A DNA stretch of 64,000 nucleotides from Mobula birostris (taxonomy: Eukaryota), in NCBI RefSeq assembly GCF_030028105.1, contig NC_092374.1:176538057-176602056 (forward strand). The letters are read 5' to 3'. The stretch's first letter is position 1, and the number at the start of each line of letters is the position of its first letter. Positions 12,065 through 24,622 of this stretch are shown piece by piece. Below the pieces are notes generated by a model, which was not told the DNA's origin, made no database searches, and worked only from the letters and a program-made list of their open reading frames with translations. A program made the position numbers and the translations under genes.

Positions 12065-13221
12065 GACTGAAAGTACATCATGCTAAATAGATTAGATTAG
12101 ATTATGAAGACACGCAGTTCTCTTCTATTGTCATTTAGTAATGCATGCGTTAAGAAGTGATACAATATTTCCTCCGGTGTGATATCACAAAACACAGGAG
12201 GAAATTAACTTGACTAATTAGTTCAATGGTGAGCTCATTGTGATATCTGTTTACCAGCCACTTTCTAAACTTAAACCTTTTTCCGCTCTTTGTGATGAGA
12301 CTGATTTCTGACAGATTCTGCTGCAGAAATGAGTTGTTTCATATAGTGACATGTTGAAAATGGAATAAAACATTGTTCAAGCATCCATAAACCTTTGCAC
12401 TTCTGACGTTATAAAAGGAAGGAAAGCCATTCAGGCAGGAATTGAAATTGGTTGGCCAGGAAACTGCCGTTGGGGACTATCTAGAGTTGCTGCTGGCATT
12501 TGACTACAGTGGAGAAGATGAGACTTGCCCTATCAGCAATATGAACATCTGACAGCTATATTAGATAGACCTTTGGCCCTCACCCTATCAGAAGTATTTC
12601 CCTTTGTGCTTTCAACACTCCCCATCCTTCTTTGTTATTAAGTTGTATTCTCTATTCCCCAGTTTTTAAAAAAAAGATATCTGACCAGAAACGTAAACGT
12701 GTTCTATTTCCAAAGATGCTAATTGACCTTCGTAGGCTGACGCATCAAGTGTTTCTAGCGATGAGTTACAAAACTTTGGGCCCTAATAACATCTCACTAG
12801 CCTCAGAATACTTCATTGTGCCCCGGAGATTTATCCAGCTATGTCCACAAATGTATCCTTTCTAGTGATAAAATTACCTGATATTCCACTATCACAATTA
12901 CTGATTTCTTCAGTCCAGTGAAAAATGTTCCAACCTGCACAGCTTCTTCCCATAATTTAGTTGCTTCAGTCCCTGCCTCACCCTTTTAAACCTCCTCTGT
13001 TATCTTTCCAGCTTAATGATGTTTTTCCAATGGCATGTTCATTGAAATTGAATATTCCAGCTGTGACATTCTTGTACACTGGCAACATAACACCACACCC
13101 ACTGTACTCAGCGACCTGATTGATGAAGACATTGTTTCAACACCCTGTCTACTTCAACGAATCGTGAACTTGTAATCATTGGGCAACACTTCCAAGGACA
13201 CTACCCTTCACTGCAAATGAC

Positions 13222-13287
13222 CTACAGTTCTGTGTATATATACATATATAAAACTAGGGTGTCTGATGATCTTTGCACAGTCCTGTA
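13222..13287. mobile_element. Possible tiny degenerate Tc1-type MITE
   Basis: TA-flanked imperfect inverted ends tacagttctgtg ... gcacagtcctgta. Confidence 0.4.
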
Positions 13288-14113
13288 TTTGTTAACATTG
13301 AGTGGAGAGGGAGTTTGTAATTCTGGCAGAAGGAAAATGTGTTGGGATAGCAACTGTGGAGTGCTGCGGGAGAACTGATGGACATGTGCTAGGGACAGGG
13401 GTAATGCAGGTGCAGACACACACAGGATAGAAATAGAAAGAAGTCAGCATTGAGTGTTGAGCCCTCCTCCTGTCGATGTCCAATTTATTACATGAGGGAC
13501 CATATTCTCTGTCCACTTGTTCATTTCAATTAATGTACTTAGAAAATCTCCTTCAATTCTCTTTAATTTTGCCTTCCAAAGCTATCTCATGACCTCCACC
13601 AACACTATTTACCCTTCTGATTTCCTTAAGTCCATTCCAACGACCACAAATTACTTCACAGATTCAATTGAACCCAACTGCCTAGACCAGGCTCAAGCCT
13701 CTGTCTTTTTTATGACAAGAGCCTTAATACACCTCATTAATGATTATTCCTTTCTCCTTCCACCTTTGGCCTTCACTCTAACAGGAACGCACATATATTT
13801 AACTCCCAAAACTCAATTTGAACAGCCACCCACTCTCTAGCATTGTCCTTCCCTGCAAATAGACTACTCCAGTCAACACTTGCTATGAGTTGGCTAATAT
13901 CATCAACATATGCATTGACATAATTTAAAAAAGGAGATGTTGAAATTGAAATTGGGCTGAGTACATCTGAGGAGCTGAGTTCCTAAATGATCCTGGTCAC
14001 TTTGCATAATTACTTTGAAACTTATGAAGTACTGGTCACTTCGTTGAGATAGGTAACCTGAATTTAACATGCTTCATGGATCAGCAGTGAGTCATGTGAT
14101 GGTAGAGCAATAC

Positions 14114-14201
14114 CTGGGATCAAAGCATCTGACCGGCAGTCGTACAGCATTCCCAATTGAAAAGGACGGCCCAGGGTAGGCAATTGAATGACCTCGTTCA
14201 T
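14114..14201 (-). CDS. Coding exon 1 of the SNTX-GTPase gene (exon 14114..14241)
   Basis: ATG at 14201 gives MNEVIQLPTLGRPFQLGMLYDCRSDALIP+G, the canonical SNTX N-terminal LGRPFxLGMLYD motif. Phase-1 donor G|GTATT at 14114/14113 matches the phase-1 acceptor at 10125. Upstream acceptor tttcag|G at 14242/14241. Confidence 0.93.
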
Positions 14202-14351
14202 CACTGCAGCAGGACCTGGAGACTCAGCAAACACCAGTATCCTGAAATGGAAGATATAATAAAATATACAATGCGGAATTCAGTTAGCATGGTTTACCGA
14301 TGTAATACTTGAGAGCAACCTTGTGATAGAATGCAGTGAGCTTCTTAAGTT

Positions 14352-15300
14352 CATAAGACCATAAGATATAGGAGCAGTACAGTGCCATGTGGCCCATTGA
14401 GCTTGCTCTGCTATTTCATTATGGCTGCTCCAATATTCCTCTCAGCCCCAATCTGATTTCTCTCTGTATCCCTTCATGCTCTGACCAGTCAGGAATCCAT
14501 CAACCTCTGCCGTAAATATAAGACCATAAAACCATAAGACAAAGGAGCAGAAGTCACCCATTCGGCCCATCCAGTCTGCTCCACCATTTTATCATCAGCT
14601 GATCCATTCTTTCATTTAGTCCAACTCCCCCGCCTTCTCACAATAAAGTTTGATGCCCTGGCTACTCAGATAGCTATCAATCTCTGCCTTAAATACACCC
14701 AATGACTTGACCTCCACTGCCGCCCGTGGCAACAAATTCCATAGATTCACCACCCTCTGGCTAAAAAAAAAAGTTATATACATAATGTCATGATCTCCAC
14801 ATCTGCCTGTGGCCAAGAGTTCTACAGATTCACTACTCTCTGGCCAAAGAAGCCATCTACATTCCTCCTCATCTCAATTCCAAAAGAATCACCCTCAATT
14901 ATAAGGCTGTGTCCTCTGGTCTTAGACTATCCCACCATAGGAAACATCCTCTGAACAACCTCTCTATCAAGGCTTTGATGGGTTTCAATGAGACCACCCC
15001 TCATTCTTCTGAATTCCGGTGAATACCGGTGCAGAGCCTTTAAACACTCTTCATGTAGCAAGCCATTCAATCATGGAGTCTTTTTCATGACCCCCTTTGA
15101 GCACTTTCTGGTTTCAGCACATCCCTTCTCAGATAAGGGGCTCAAGCCTCATCACAATACTCCAAGTGATGCCTCAAAAGTGTTTTAGTCTCAACATTAC
15201 ATCTTGCTTTTATGTTCTAAGTCTTCTTGAAATAAATGCTAACATTACCTTCCTCACTACAAACTTGGTTCTGATCTAGGATTGTGAAGGTCATGCAGAA
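14352..15300 (-). mobile_element. CR1 3' fragment with a younger CR1 3' fragment (about 14518..14772) nested in it
   Basis: Two (cataagac)-type tails at about 14352 and 14518. The outer element resumes at about 14775 (cataatgtcatgatctccac). Confidence 0.75.
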
Positions 15301-15589
15301 GGTTTTGTTTAGTCTCTGACCCCAGGTGAGGTTCTCAATGATTGGATAATCACTAATGTGGCTGAGCTATATCGGATTGATTGCAAGAATGTAGAAAATG
15401 TGCACGTGGTCCACTGATCACACTTGGAATTGATTAGGCCTCCTTTGCATGGATGTCTCCATAACTTTTGCTTGGACTTTTCATTTGGGCACGTTTTTGC
15501 ATCAGCAAACCTGGTTCGTCGCTCCCACTCTCTATGTTTCCCAGTGTGTACCATGGCTAACATCCTACAATTGTTTCTCCTCTACATAA

Positions 15590-16512
15590 TGTGAGGGGAT
15601 CCAGGAGTGCCCCTATTAACTATTTGAAGAGAGACAGAGAGAGAGTTATTTACCACTGATATGTTGCTTTTGAAAAGAGAGAGAGAGAGACGAAGATTAA
15701 CGGTTGGACTGTCACTTTGAGGCATTGGAAGTAATTTTGGATTTTTACTGAGTTTGGAGTTGGAGACAGCACCGAGCAGCTCATAAGTTGCTATGGTGAC
15801 TGAAGGTGGTGTTATTTAATGGACACTCGATGTTATGATTTCCAGCAGGTTGTTGATATTTCTTCAAGGACTTGTTGCCTGCTTATGCATTTCTTCACAG
15901 ACAAAGGAAGGAGGGACTCTTTGAATGACAGGTGATGCTCAGCACAGAGAAATAAATGGGAGGTCAGATGATACAGACCTCAGACACATGATCTGGACAC
16001 TGAATGAGCATTGTTGTGCCCACAGGGAAAGTGGGTTTTGGAGGATCGATCCAAATTGCTATTCCAACAGTGAAGAAGGGGTTGACTGGTGGGGAGTTGT
16101 CTATGTGTCCACCCTTGCCAGGGTGATAGCTCCACCACAGAAGACCGGTCCCCCTGGTTCAAGTCGCAATCGGTGACTTGTGAAGGATTTCGGAAGATGA
16201 CAAGAAGACTCAACTCACTCTCTCTCTCCATCACTACTCAACTAAGTACCACTAACTGAACTGAACTGAACTTTACTCAACATCGTAAGACTGTATCATT
16301 TTACCCCTAGACTTAAAGAAGCTTGGTTTTCTTACATATATATTCCACACTTACTTTTATATATAATCATTGCTAACCTGTGTGATTTATTTACATTGAT
16401 ATTACTGTATTGAGTAGTTACTAATAAATATCTTTAGTTTATAGCAAAACTGGACTCGAAAGTGGTTTCTATTTCTGCTGGTTTCTTAATCCCCATCACA
16501 GGGTACATGACA
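15590..16512 (+). mobile_element. Solo LTR (923 bp), probably Gypsy
   Basis: Starts TGTGA and ends TGACA. 4-bp TSD ATAA at 15586..15589 and 16513..16516. AATAAA near 16422. No coding capacity; flanked on both sides by remnants of a plus-strand CR1. Confidence 0.85.
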
Positions 16513-16759
16513 ATAATATGGCAGTGATGCTTTTGCTCAATGAGAAAAAGTTTGCAAATGTAAGCCAGAAACAAGGTGCCACATGGTTCAGTAATGGGAA
16601 CTTTGTTGCTTCAAGTTTATATAAATAATTTGGACATGATGTTTTGTTTGTATGCAGATGATACATAAATATATGCTGTTGTAAACAGGTTAGAAGTTTA
16701 CAAAATTTGCAGGCAGTTATTGATCAACTAGGCATGTTGCCTGACAGCCTAGGGCCGCT

Positions 16760-18900
16760 GCCTGTAAGGAGTATGAATGTTCACCTATGACAAGTCTAAT
16801 ACAAACTACTAATAGAGAAAGAAGAGATGTCCCTGTCTTGTTCTTGGACCTAGCCAATGCCTTTGGGCCGGTCTCACATAACCTCCTGTGGTCTTCATTT
16901 GAATTCTTCCATGTACCAGAATGTGTTGCAACCCTTGTCAAAGCCTACTTTAGAGATCTCCAGTTCTCATTGATAACCGCAGAGTTCAGCACAGCCTGGT
17001 AGCCTGTTGAGAATGGCTTAATGCAGGTTGCACCATCTCTGCACTGGCCTTTACCGTGGCAAGGGAAGTAAGCATTAGAGCTTCCAAATGGGTAGTAGGA
17101 GGAGAACAACTGAAGTTAGGACTATGCCTGCAACCAATCTGGGCAACGACGAACCCATGTACCAAACAGTTGCTTGGGAATGGGCTTCAATGATGATTAA
17201 AACAAAGAAGTCTAAGAACATTTCTACAGTCAAGGGAACGCTAGTCGACTATAAGTTCCATGTGGATGGGAACATAATTCCTACAATGTCTGCAATGCCT
17301 ATTAAAAGCTTTGTGTATTAGTGCGATGTAAACCTCAGTGATACAAATCAAATGAAACTGCTGAGAGAAGAAATCATCAAAGAGCTTAAAGACATCGATA
17401 AGACCTTACTAACAGAAAACCTCAAGCTTTGGTGCCTTCAGTTTGGATTGCTCCCTCGGGGGTTGTGGCCACTGACTCTGTATGAAGTCCCAATCACTCA
17501 TGTTGCAGCACTAGAGAGGACAGTTATTTCCTTCATTAAGAAGTGGATGGGCCTACCTAGATCGCTAAGTAACATCTAACTGTATGGCAAAGGAGCTCTG
17601 GAGTTGCCTGTCACGGGGCTAACTGAAGAGTTCAATTCTGCTGAGGTGAGGCTTGACATGACACTTCCAGAATCTCATAACAGTGCTGTCCAGGATACTG
17701 CACCCAGAACATTAACAGCGAGAAAGTGGTCTCAAGCAGAGTCAGTAAACAGGAAAAAAGCAGCACTCAAGTTTGCAGAACATTGTGTGCCAGGTGCAAT
17801 CTTGGAAGAGGGGGCTTTATCACAAGCTCAAATATGCCCAGATGGCAAAAGGTGACAACACAAAAGGTGACTATGGTGGTGGAGGAAGTACAGTGAGGAG
17901 CAGATTAGCTATACAAGAGCAGTGTCTCAGGCAAAACAGGGACAGTGCACAAGGTGGAAAAACACTGAGAAAAGAAAATTCAGGTGGAAAGACATGGGAA
18001 AAGTAAGGAAGAAAGATTAGCTCCCTGATAAGAGCTGTATATGATGTTCTCCCAACTCTCAAAAATCTGAAACTAGTGGCTCGGTGAAGACCCAACTTGT
18101 TCACTCTGTGAGAGAACGGCAAACCTCAAGCACATCCTCTCAACCTTTTCAAGGAAGATACACATGGAGGCACGACCAGGTTCTCATATGTTTGGCATCA
18201 ATTATAGAGAAGCAAAGGCTAAATAACAACTCCAAGCCCCATGTGTCTGGAAGAACCACCATCCTCTTTGTCTGGCAAGGACAGACAGTGTCACCCTCAG
18301 TGACATGGTTGGTATCAGGCATACTGGAGCCTTCTCGTGACTAGAACATGGCTGTTGACCTTGATAAAAGGCTAACATTTTCCCCAGAGCTTTATCCATC
18401 CTCAGGATTCTGAGATCCCACCATCCTCAGACTATATTTGGTCTTGTGGTGCATCAATCTGAAGGCTGTAGTAATCCTGCAGGTCACAGTGCCCTGGGAA
18501 GATGCAGTCTGTGAGGCAGATGAGCGGAACCATGTAGAGTATGCTGAGCTGGTGGGGATGGAAGGTCCAGATTTTGCAGTAGAAGTTGGCTGCAGACGAT
18601 TTGTGGCTACTTCTAATGGACAAATTGCTGAAGGGATTGGTTGTCCGAGGCCAGGGCCAGCAGCAAGCTTCAAAAGAACTCTTGGAGGGAGCCGAGTGAA
18701 GCAGCCACTGGCTATGGATGAAGAGGAGTGACGGCACCTGCACTCTAAAATGACCCATGGGAGGCCAGATGTGAAGGAGGCACGCCTGGGATGCCAGGTC
18801 GCAGCTTTGAGCCCTCTGCAGATGTAGTGGGCTTAAATTGACAAAACATCTAAGGGAGGCACCCACCAGAAGGCCCCTGGCAAAGAACTGCTACCAACTA
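16760..18900 (+). mobile_element. Degenerate non-LTR retrotransposon with restriction-like endonuclease (HERO/NeSL-type)
   Basis: Fragments LDLANAFGPVSH (RT), WASMMIKTKKS, LWCLQFGLLPR.LWPLTLYEVP, RYTWRHDQVL, VILQVTVPWE and VEVGCRRFVA, as expected for RT plus PD-(D/E)xK RLE elements; frameshifted. Confidence 0.75.
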
Positions 18901-19469
18901 AGCCCTACCTGAAGATCTCTATGCTATGACCCGAGATAGTATTGAAACATCTAGCCGTATGAGCTAGAACTTTGGAACGAACGAGACTGGGAGAGGGGGT
19001 AGATGGACTGAAATGATATACATATATTGAGAAGCATAGTTAAGGTAGTGAAAAGCTTCCCTAAAGGTATAGGTGAATATATTTATGATGAAGAACATGA
19101 AGTTCAGAAGGGAATTGAGGAAGATCTTTATTATCCAGAAGGTGTTTGAAATCTGGAACTCAACGTGTGAAGGAATAGAGGCAAAGACTCTGAGAACTTT
19201 TAAATAAGTACTTGAATAATCCCCAAATAATGGGATGGAATGTGGGTTAAGTGCAGCTACACGAGGGGCAGTGTGGACAGCGCAGGTCGAGTGGACTCTG
19301 CCATTTTGTATCATTTAATTACTGTGTTTGCAGCGGTGAAATTGGTTCACTGAGTCTTCCAGCATAATTTGGCCTCTGGGATTGTTGTTTACAGCCTTGC
19401 ATTCTGGTCATCTCACAGATACTATCAGATACTTTCCCATTGAACCGTGGCCAGAATTAGTGGGTTAAG

Positions 19470-19900
19470 TTAATGGCTGCAGCGTCAGGCAGCAAACGAA
19501 TCCGTTACAAACACTGTCTGCCAGTGTACTCGGATCACGTGATAAACCAGACCCACTTCTGCGACGTCATCGCGCAACGTTGCTTGCAACAATCTTCCGA
19601 TAACACTCAGAGACCTGTCCTAACACCTGACCGAACCTTCAAATACGTACCCAATGTACCCACCAGTTAGACAATAATGTAACTGGGAGATGTTTTTGAT
19701 AGGGAAAACAACATGACATCAACATAATAAAAACTAATCAATAAAATATATAAAACTAGAGCTCACAGTTAGAAGCAAATACACATAGGTATTTCTTTTA
19801 AATAAAAGATTCTCTAAATCCTTACTTTGTCTCTTTATTCCCGGATACAGCAAATTATTGTGTAACATTCGATTATTTGCTTTCCGCGCGGCGATACTGT
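19470..19900. promoter_or_regulatory. Non-repetitive-looking CpG-rich promoter-like segment
   Basis: ATCACGTGAT E-box palindrome 19534..19543, CRE-like GACGTCA 19563..19569, palindrome GCAACGTTGC 19574..19583; locally dense CpG. Confidence 0.45.
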
Positions 19901-20124
19901 ACAATGAAGGGAGTCTAATTAGTGCAATGTGTAGGATATATCTCTGTCTTTAGCACTTTTAGATGCTTCTGTTCTTGGGAGATGGAATGAAGCAGCATCT
20001 GCTTCCGTCAGTAGGGGATTGCGTTTCTATTTGTTGTATGGTACTAACTGCCGTGAGACGATGTGAATCCTAGATTAAAGTGTTCAGAAATGTCTAATCC
20101 GTCTGAACACACGGGGGTGGTGGG

Positions 20125-20875
20125 AGGTTAGTACAGGCAACACACATCAAAGTTGCTGGTGAACGCAGCAGGCCAAGCAGCATCTGCAGGAAGAGGTGCA
20201 GTCGACGTTTCAGGCCGAGACCCTTCGTCAGGACTAACTGAAGGAAGAGTGAGTAGGGGATTTGAAAGTTGGAGGGGGAGGGGGAGATCCAAAATGATAG
20301 GAGAAGACAGGAGGGGGAGGGATAGAGCCAAGAGCTGGACAGGTGATAGGCAAAAGGGGATACGAGAGGATCATGGGACAGGGGGTCCGGGAAGAAAGAC
20401 AAGGAGGGGCGGGGACCCAGAGGATGGGCAAGAGGTATATTCAGAGGGACAGAGGGAGAAAAAGGAGAGTAAGAGAAAGAATGTGTGCATAAAAATAAGT
20501 AACAGATGGGGTACGAGGGGGAGGTGGGGCCTTAGCGGAAGTTAGAGAAGTCGATGTTCATGCCATCAGGTTGGAGGCTACCCAGACGGAATATAAGGTG
20601 TTGTTCCTCCAACCTGAGTGTGGCTTCATCTTTACAGTAGAGGAGGCCGTAGATAGACATGTCAGAATGGGAATGGGATGTGGAATTAAAATGTGTGGCC
20701 ACTGGGAGATCCTACTTTCTCTGGCGGACAGAGCGTAGATGTTCAGCAAAGCGGTCTCCCAGTCTGCGTCGGGTCTTGCCAATATATAAAAGGCCACATC
20801 GGGAGCACCGGACGCAGTATATCACCCCAGTCGACTCACAGGTGAAGTGTTGCCTCACCTGGGAGGACTGTTAGT
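20125..20875 (-). mobile_element. 5'-truncated Penelope-like element (GIY-YIG end plus pseudo-LTR)
   Basis: Minus frame reads GVIYCVRCSRCGLLYIGKTRRRLGDRFAEHL...LEEQHLIFRLGSLQPDGMNIDFSNFR*, followed by the pseudo-LTR at about 20135..20530. Confidence 0.92.
20199..20236 (-). ncRNA. Minimal type I hammerhead ribozyme motif in a Penelope pseudo-LTR
   Basis: UAGUC-CUGACGA-AGGGUCUCGGCCU-GAA-ACGU-C-GACUG: stem I, catalytic core, stem II, palindromic vestigial stem III and a UC cleavage site. Confidence 0.7.
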
Positions 20876-22441
20876 ACTGTTAGTAGAAGGAGGTTAGTAC
20901 AGTACAGTTTTGGGGAACCTTCCTGTTACTCGCAGCAATGTATTTGCTACTACCTCTGAAGTCTGGAATTTCATTGGATACACCATGTGGTTGAAAGTTG
21001 TAGCACAATTCTGAATATTCGTCACTCTTAGGACAGGAGGTGCCAGACGGATTGACATTCCTGATTATTGGGAATTAACTAATTTCCCTAAAGCTAAAAA
21101 GATGTGTTTCGGCAGTATAATGTGCTTTATTATAAACCCGCTGAGATGAAACGGATCATTGGAAGCAGATTAAATAATGCGTGGGATTGTGTTCTCTCAA
21201 GGGTGGTTCAACCAATATGGTATTCTTTGTTCTGGTTTAATTGCGGTGTTCATGTAATAGCCGCAAACCAGCCGTTAATACTCTGATTCCATGCCCATAT
21301 AACCTCGCTCTGAACACCTTCCCATTGCTTTACACATTTACTTTGCACTTCTACGATTCTTGATAGATTTACTACTTAGAACATTATTCTAATATAAAAC
21401 AATACATAGACATGAGCACTGGTGACTATGGGCTGCATTTTTCTATGGAGTGTTTAACATTGGTTAATAAACCGGAAAAGGGCATATTTGTACAACTAAC
21501 TCACAAGCAGAAACATCTAGTAAAGCCAATAACCCGCGTGATGCCTCACAGAAATACTGACTGCCACATTCAACACCCCACGGTAATAGAAGTCACACGC
21601 TAACAGTGTTTCACACACAAACAGGGCCATCCTCGCACACAGTCGACACCGTACCCCATAAACTCACAGGTAGAAGAATTTTCACTCTGCAGCAGTAGCG
21701 TGAGTGGCACGTTAAGGATGGCACGAATGATCAGTCTGTGATCCTCTCCCTTGCTTTTAGTACGTAGCTCAGCCTCTAAGACTCGGTGGACTGATTGAAG
21801 TTCACATGCTGGGATGCTTATGTTCCGACGAGCATTCAGCAAATCCTACAGCTGTCAAAAAAATCAAGTGGTGATATCTGCAGGCAAAGAATATTCCGGA
21901 GCTCTATAAGAACTATCGTGGGTTGGTTCACCAGAGACTGATTCATAGTCGTTTAAATCATCTTTCTGTTTCGTTTTTACTACCCGGAAGCAGTGAATGA
22001 GAATTTACATTGCGTCAAAGCATAAAGATATATAATAAAGGTGGTGTATGTAAAGCACAGTGCAATCTGAGCCAATTTTTCTGCAGGGTTATGAGAGAGC
22101 GGACACCCTTTACGCATACTTAAAATTCTGCTTGTCACTGGGAATAAAAAACATCATGCTGCTATATATGTGGATTTTAAGTGTTCGGGAGAGACATAAC
22201 AAAGAATACCACCAATGACAAGAAAATCTGCAGGTCCGGCAGCACCAAAATCTGAAGCGCCCTGTACTTTTAGAGCATTACTGCATACTTAAACGTTACC
22301 TTTAAGAGTGCATTGATGAGTTTTTTCCTGCCAATGTACAAAATTTCAGGAACAGAGCTTACTCCTCTATCATCAGCTTTCAGAACCATCTTGGGCCCAT
22401 GAGCACTATCTTGTTATTCCTTTTATTTTCAGCCTATTTGT

Positions 22442-22606
22442 TTTAAGGCAGAGATTGATAGGTATCTGAGTAGCCAGGGCATCAAAGGTTATGGTGAGAA
22501 GGCGGGGGAGTGGGACTAAGTGGGAGAACGGATCAACTCATGATAAAATGGCGGAACAGACTCGATGGGTCGAATGACCGACTTCTGCTCCTTTGTCTTA
22601 TGGTCT
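22442..22606 (+). mobile_element. CR1 3'-end fragment
   Basis: Same family as 14518..14772 (tttaaggcagagattgatag...tcttatggtct). Confidence 0.8.
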
Positions 22607-23649
22607 ATTTATTGCTTTTCTAATTTGTAGACCTTTATGTCTTTATGCAAAACTTCTGCCGCAGAAAATAACATCACATAAATCAGTGCTAATAAATATT
22701 AATCGGATTCCGGAGAAAAAACGCTTGCATCACGCCTTAACCAATTTGGAGTGAAATTCTTGTCCCAGCTCAGCACTCAGTCTGAACAGAACACCCAGAC
22801 TGAACCCACACTCCAAATAAAACACAAGACTGCTTAAGGAATTAAGTAGGACCTGCTCTGAATTACATCTGCACTGTAAGGTTGATATTTTAATTTACAT
22901 GATAGAAAATAGTCTTTCCAGTGGAAGGGCAGCCAATATTAAAGGAAAGGAAAATGTTTTGGTCGAATACCTGCAATACAATAGTTATCAACTATCCTAT
23001 TCCTTTTGTGAATTTCCATCAAATCAAGCCTTGAATGTCACTATTCGCCCCGTCTGAGTAGTTGACAATTTATGTGCTGCTAAAACATTCTCCAAGAAAT
23101 ATTTAACTCCACTAAATTGCATATTTTCCTGTTTTGCAGAGATCAAGAACCTAAGGTCTCTCTAGAATTATAATGCTATGTTGAAGCATGAGAAGGCCTG
23201 GTGCATTTCCCCTAATCCTAGGCAGTCTTACCGATAATTATTAAGAGGGAGGGAAATATGGCTGCACAGATGAACTCCCGTGTAATGAACATCTTCACGT
23301 AAAAGTTAAAAAAGCATTTAAATGTTCAGTTAACACTAGACTAGGGAAATTTTATTCCACTCTGAACAAAGCCCTGTTACGTTGCAGAACATTGCATGTA
23401 AAATGATTATAATGGTCCAAATCAATGGCACAGACAACCCGACCGTGTGGTAACATTATCCGTGCTGTAACTTTAGCAACGTTAATATTATGGGAAAATT
23501 TTAAACAACTTAATTAGAGCTTGCATCATTTTGTACCTTCTTTTTGCAGCGTAACGTCAATCAATTGACAACGCTACCTCCCGACTTTCATTGCACTTTA
23601 CCAGACGCGTGCTGAAGTTCAAGCACACGACATATTTGCATTCTAAGAG

Positions 23650-23975
23650 ACAGGATCCATTCGCGGGACTTGGTTGCAGACGTTTCAGACGTGATAGAGC
23701 GAGAGGGATTTAAGGCAGAGGGGTGGTGTTAGTGGTCAGGAAAAATGTCACATCAGTGCTCAGTTAGGACAGACTGGAAAACTCGTCTAGTGAGGCTTTA
23801 TGAGTGGAACTGCGAAGTAAGAAAGGTATGGCCACGTTAATGGGGCTGCATCACACACCACCCAACAGTCCATTGTAAAGAAATCATAGACTATTGCAGG
23901 AAGCATAAGACTGTGACGGTAGGGGGATTTTAACTTTCCACATATTGACTGGAACGCCCATACTATAAAATGACT
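23650..23975 (+). mobile_element. CR1 ORF2 endonuclease fragment
   Basis: Translates approximately EALWVELRSKKG...VTVGDFNFPHIDW. Confidence 0.75.
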
Positions 23976-24049
23976 ACATAGCATAGGGTTTGTCAAATGT
24001 CCTTAATCAGTTATGCAAAACACAGTACATAGTAGGTAGAAGGTAAAAG

Positions 24050-24622
24050 TGCCTCAGCTCTCGCACCACCAGGTTCAGAACAGTTACTACCTCTCAAGCT
24101 TCAGGCTTTTGAACAAAAGTGGATAACTACACTCATTTAAGAACTTAAAAAAAAATCTTGTTATTTCATGCTTGTTGAACCGCACACACCGGAGGCTGTG
24201 GTAGAACAGACCCTACCGTGAATTCTGGAAATTCTGAAAAATGTTTCTCACCCTTTGCATGCCAGCTTGGCTGAATAGAGGATCATTTTCAGTAATAGAC
24301 TAAAACAACCACACTGCTCTGAACAACGTAATATCAGGCTATTCTTACCCTCGGCTATAACGCTGTATAATGAGTCAATCTATAGCTGGGGAAATGATGA
24401 CCCCTCCTGTTAGACTGTTTAAGGTAACTTATTTTTTTATTTCTTTTTCTTATTTCTCCTCTAATATTGTCTATCTGTGAACTTGTAATGCCCACTGTAA
24501 TACTGTAATTTCTTTTGGGATCAAAAAAGTATCTATCCATCTATTGCTATTTATTTATTATCTGTATTTGCACAATTTCTTTATAGTTTCTAGTTCCTGA
24601 TGTTTACAGTTTACAGATCCTG
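24050..24622 (+). mobile_element. Rex1/Babar-like LINE 3' remnants; host of the L1 insertion, resuming at 35705..35815
   Basis: accaccaggttcagaacagttactac motif and ttgggatcaaaaaagtatctatc tail. The 3' end continues after the L1 TSD and ends tactttgaacttt. Confidence 0.55.
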
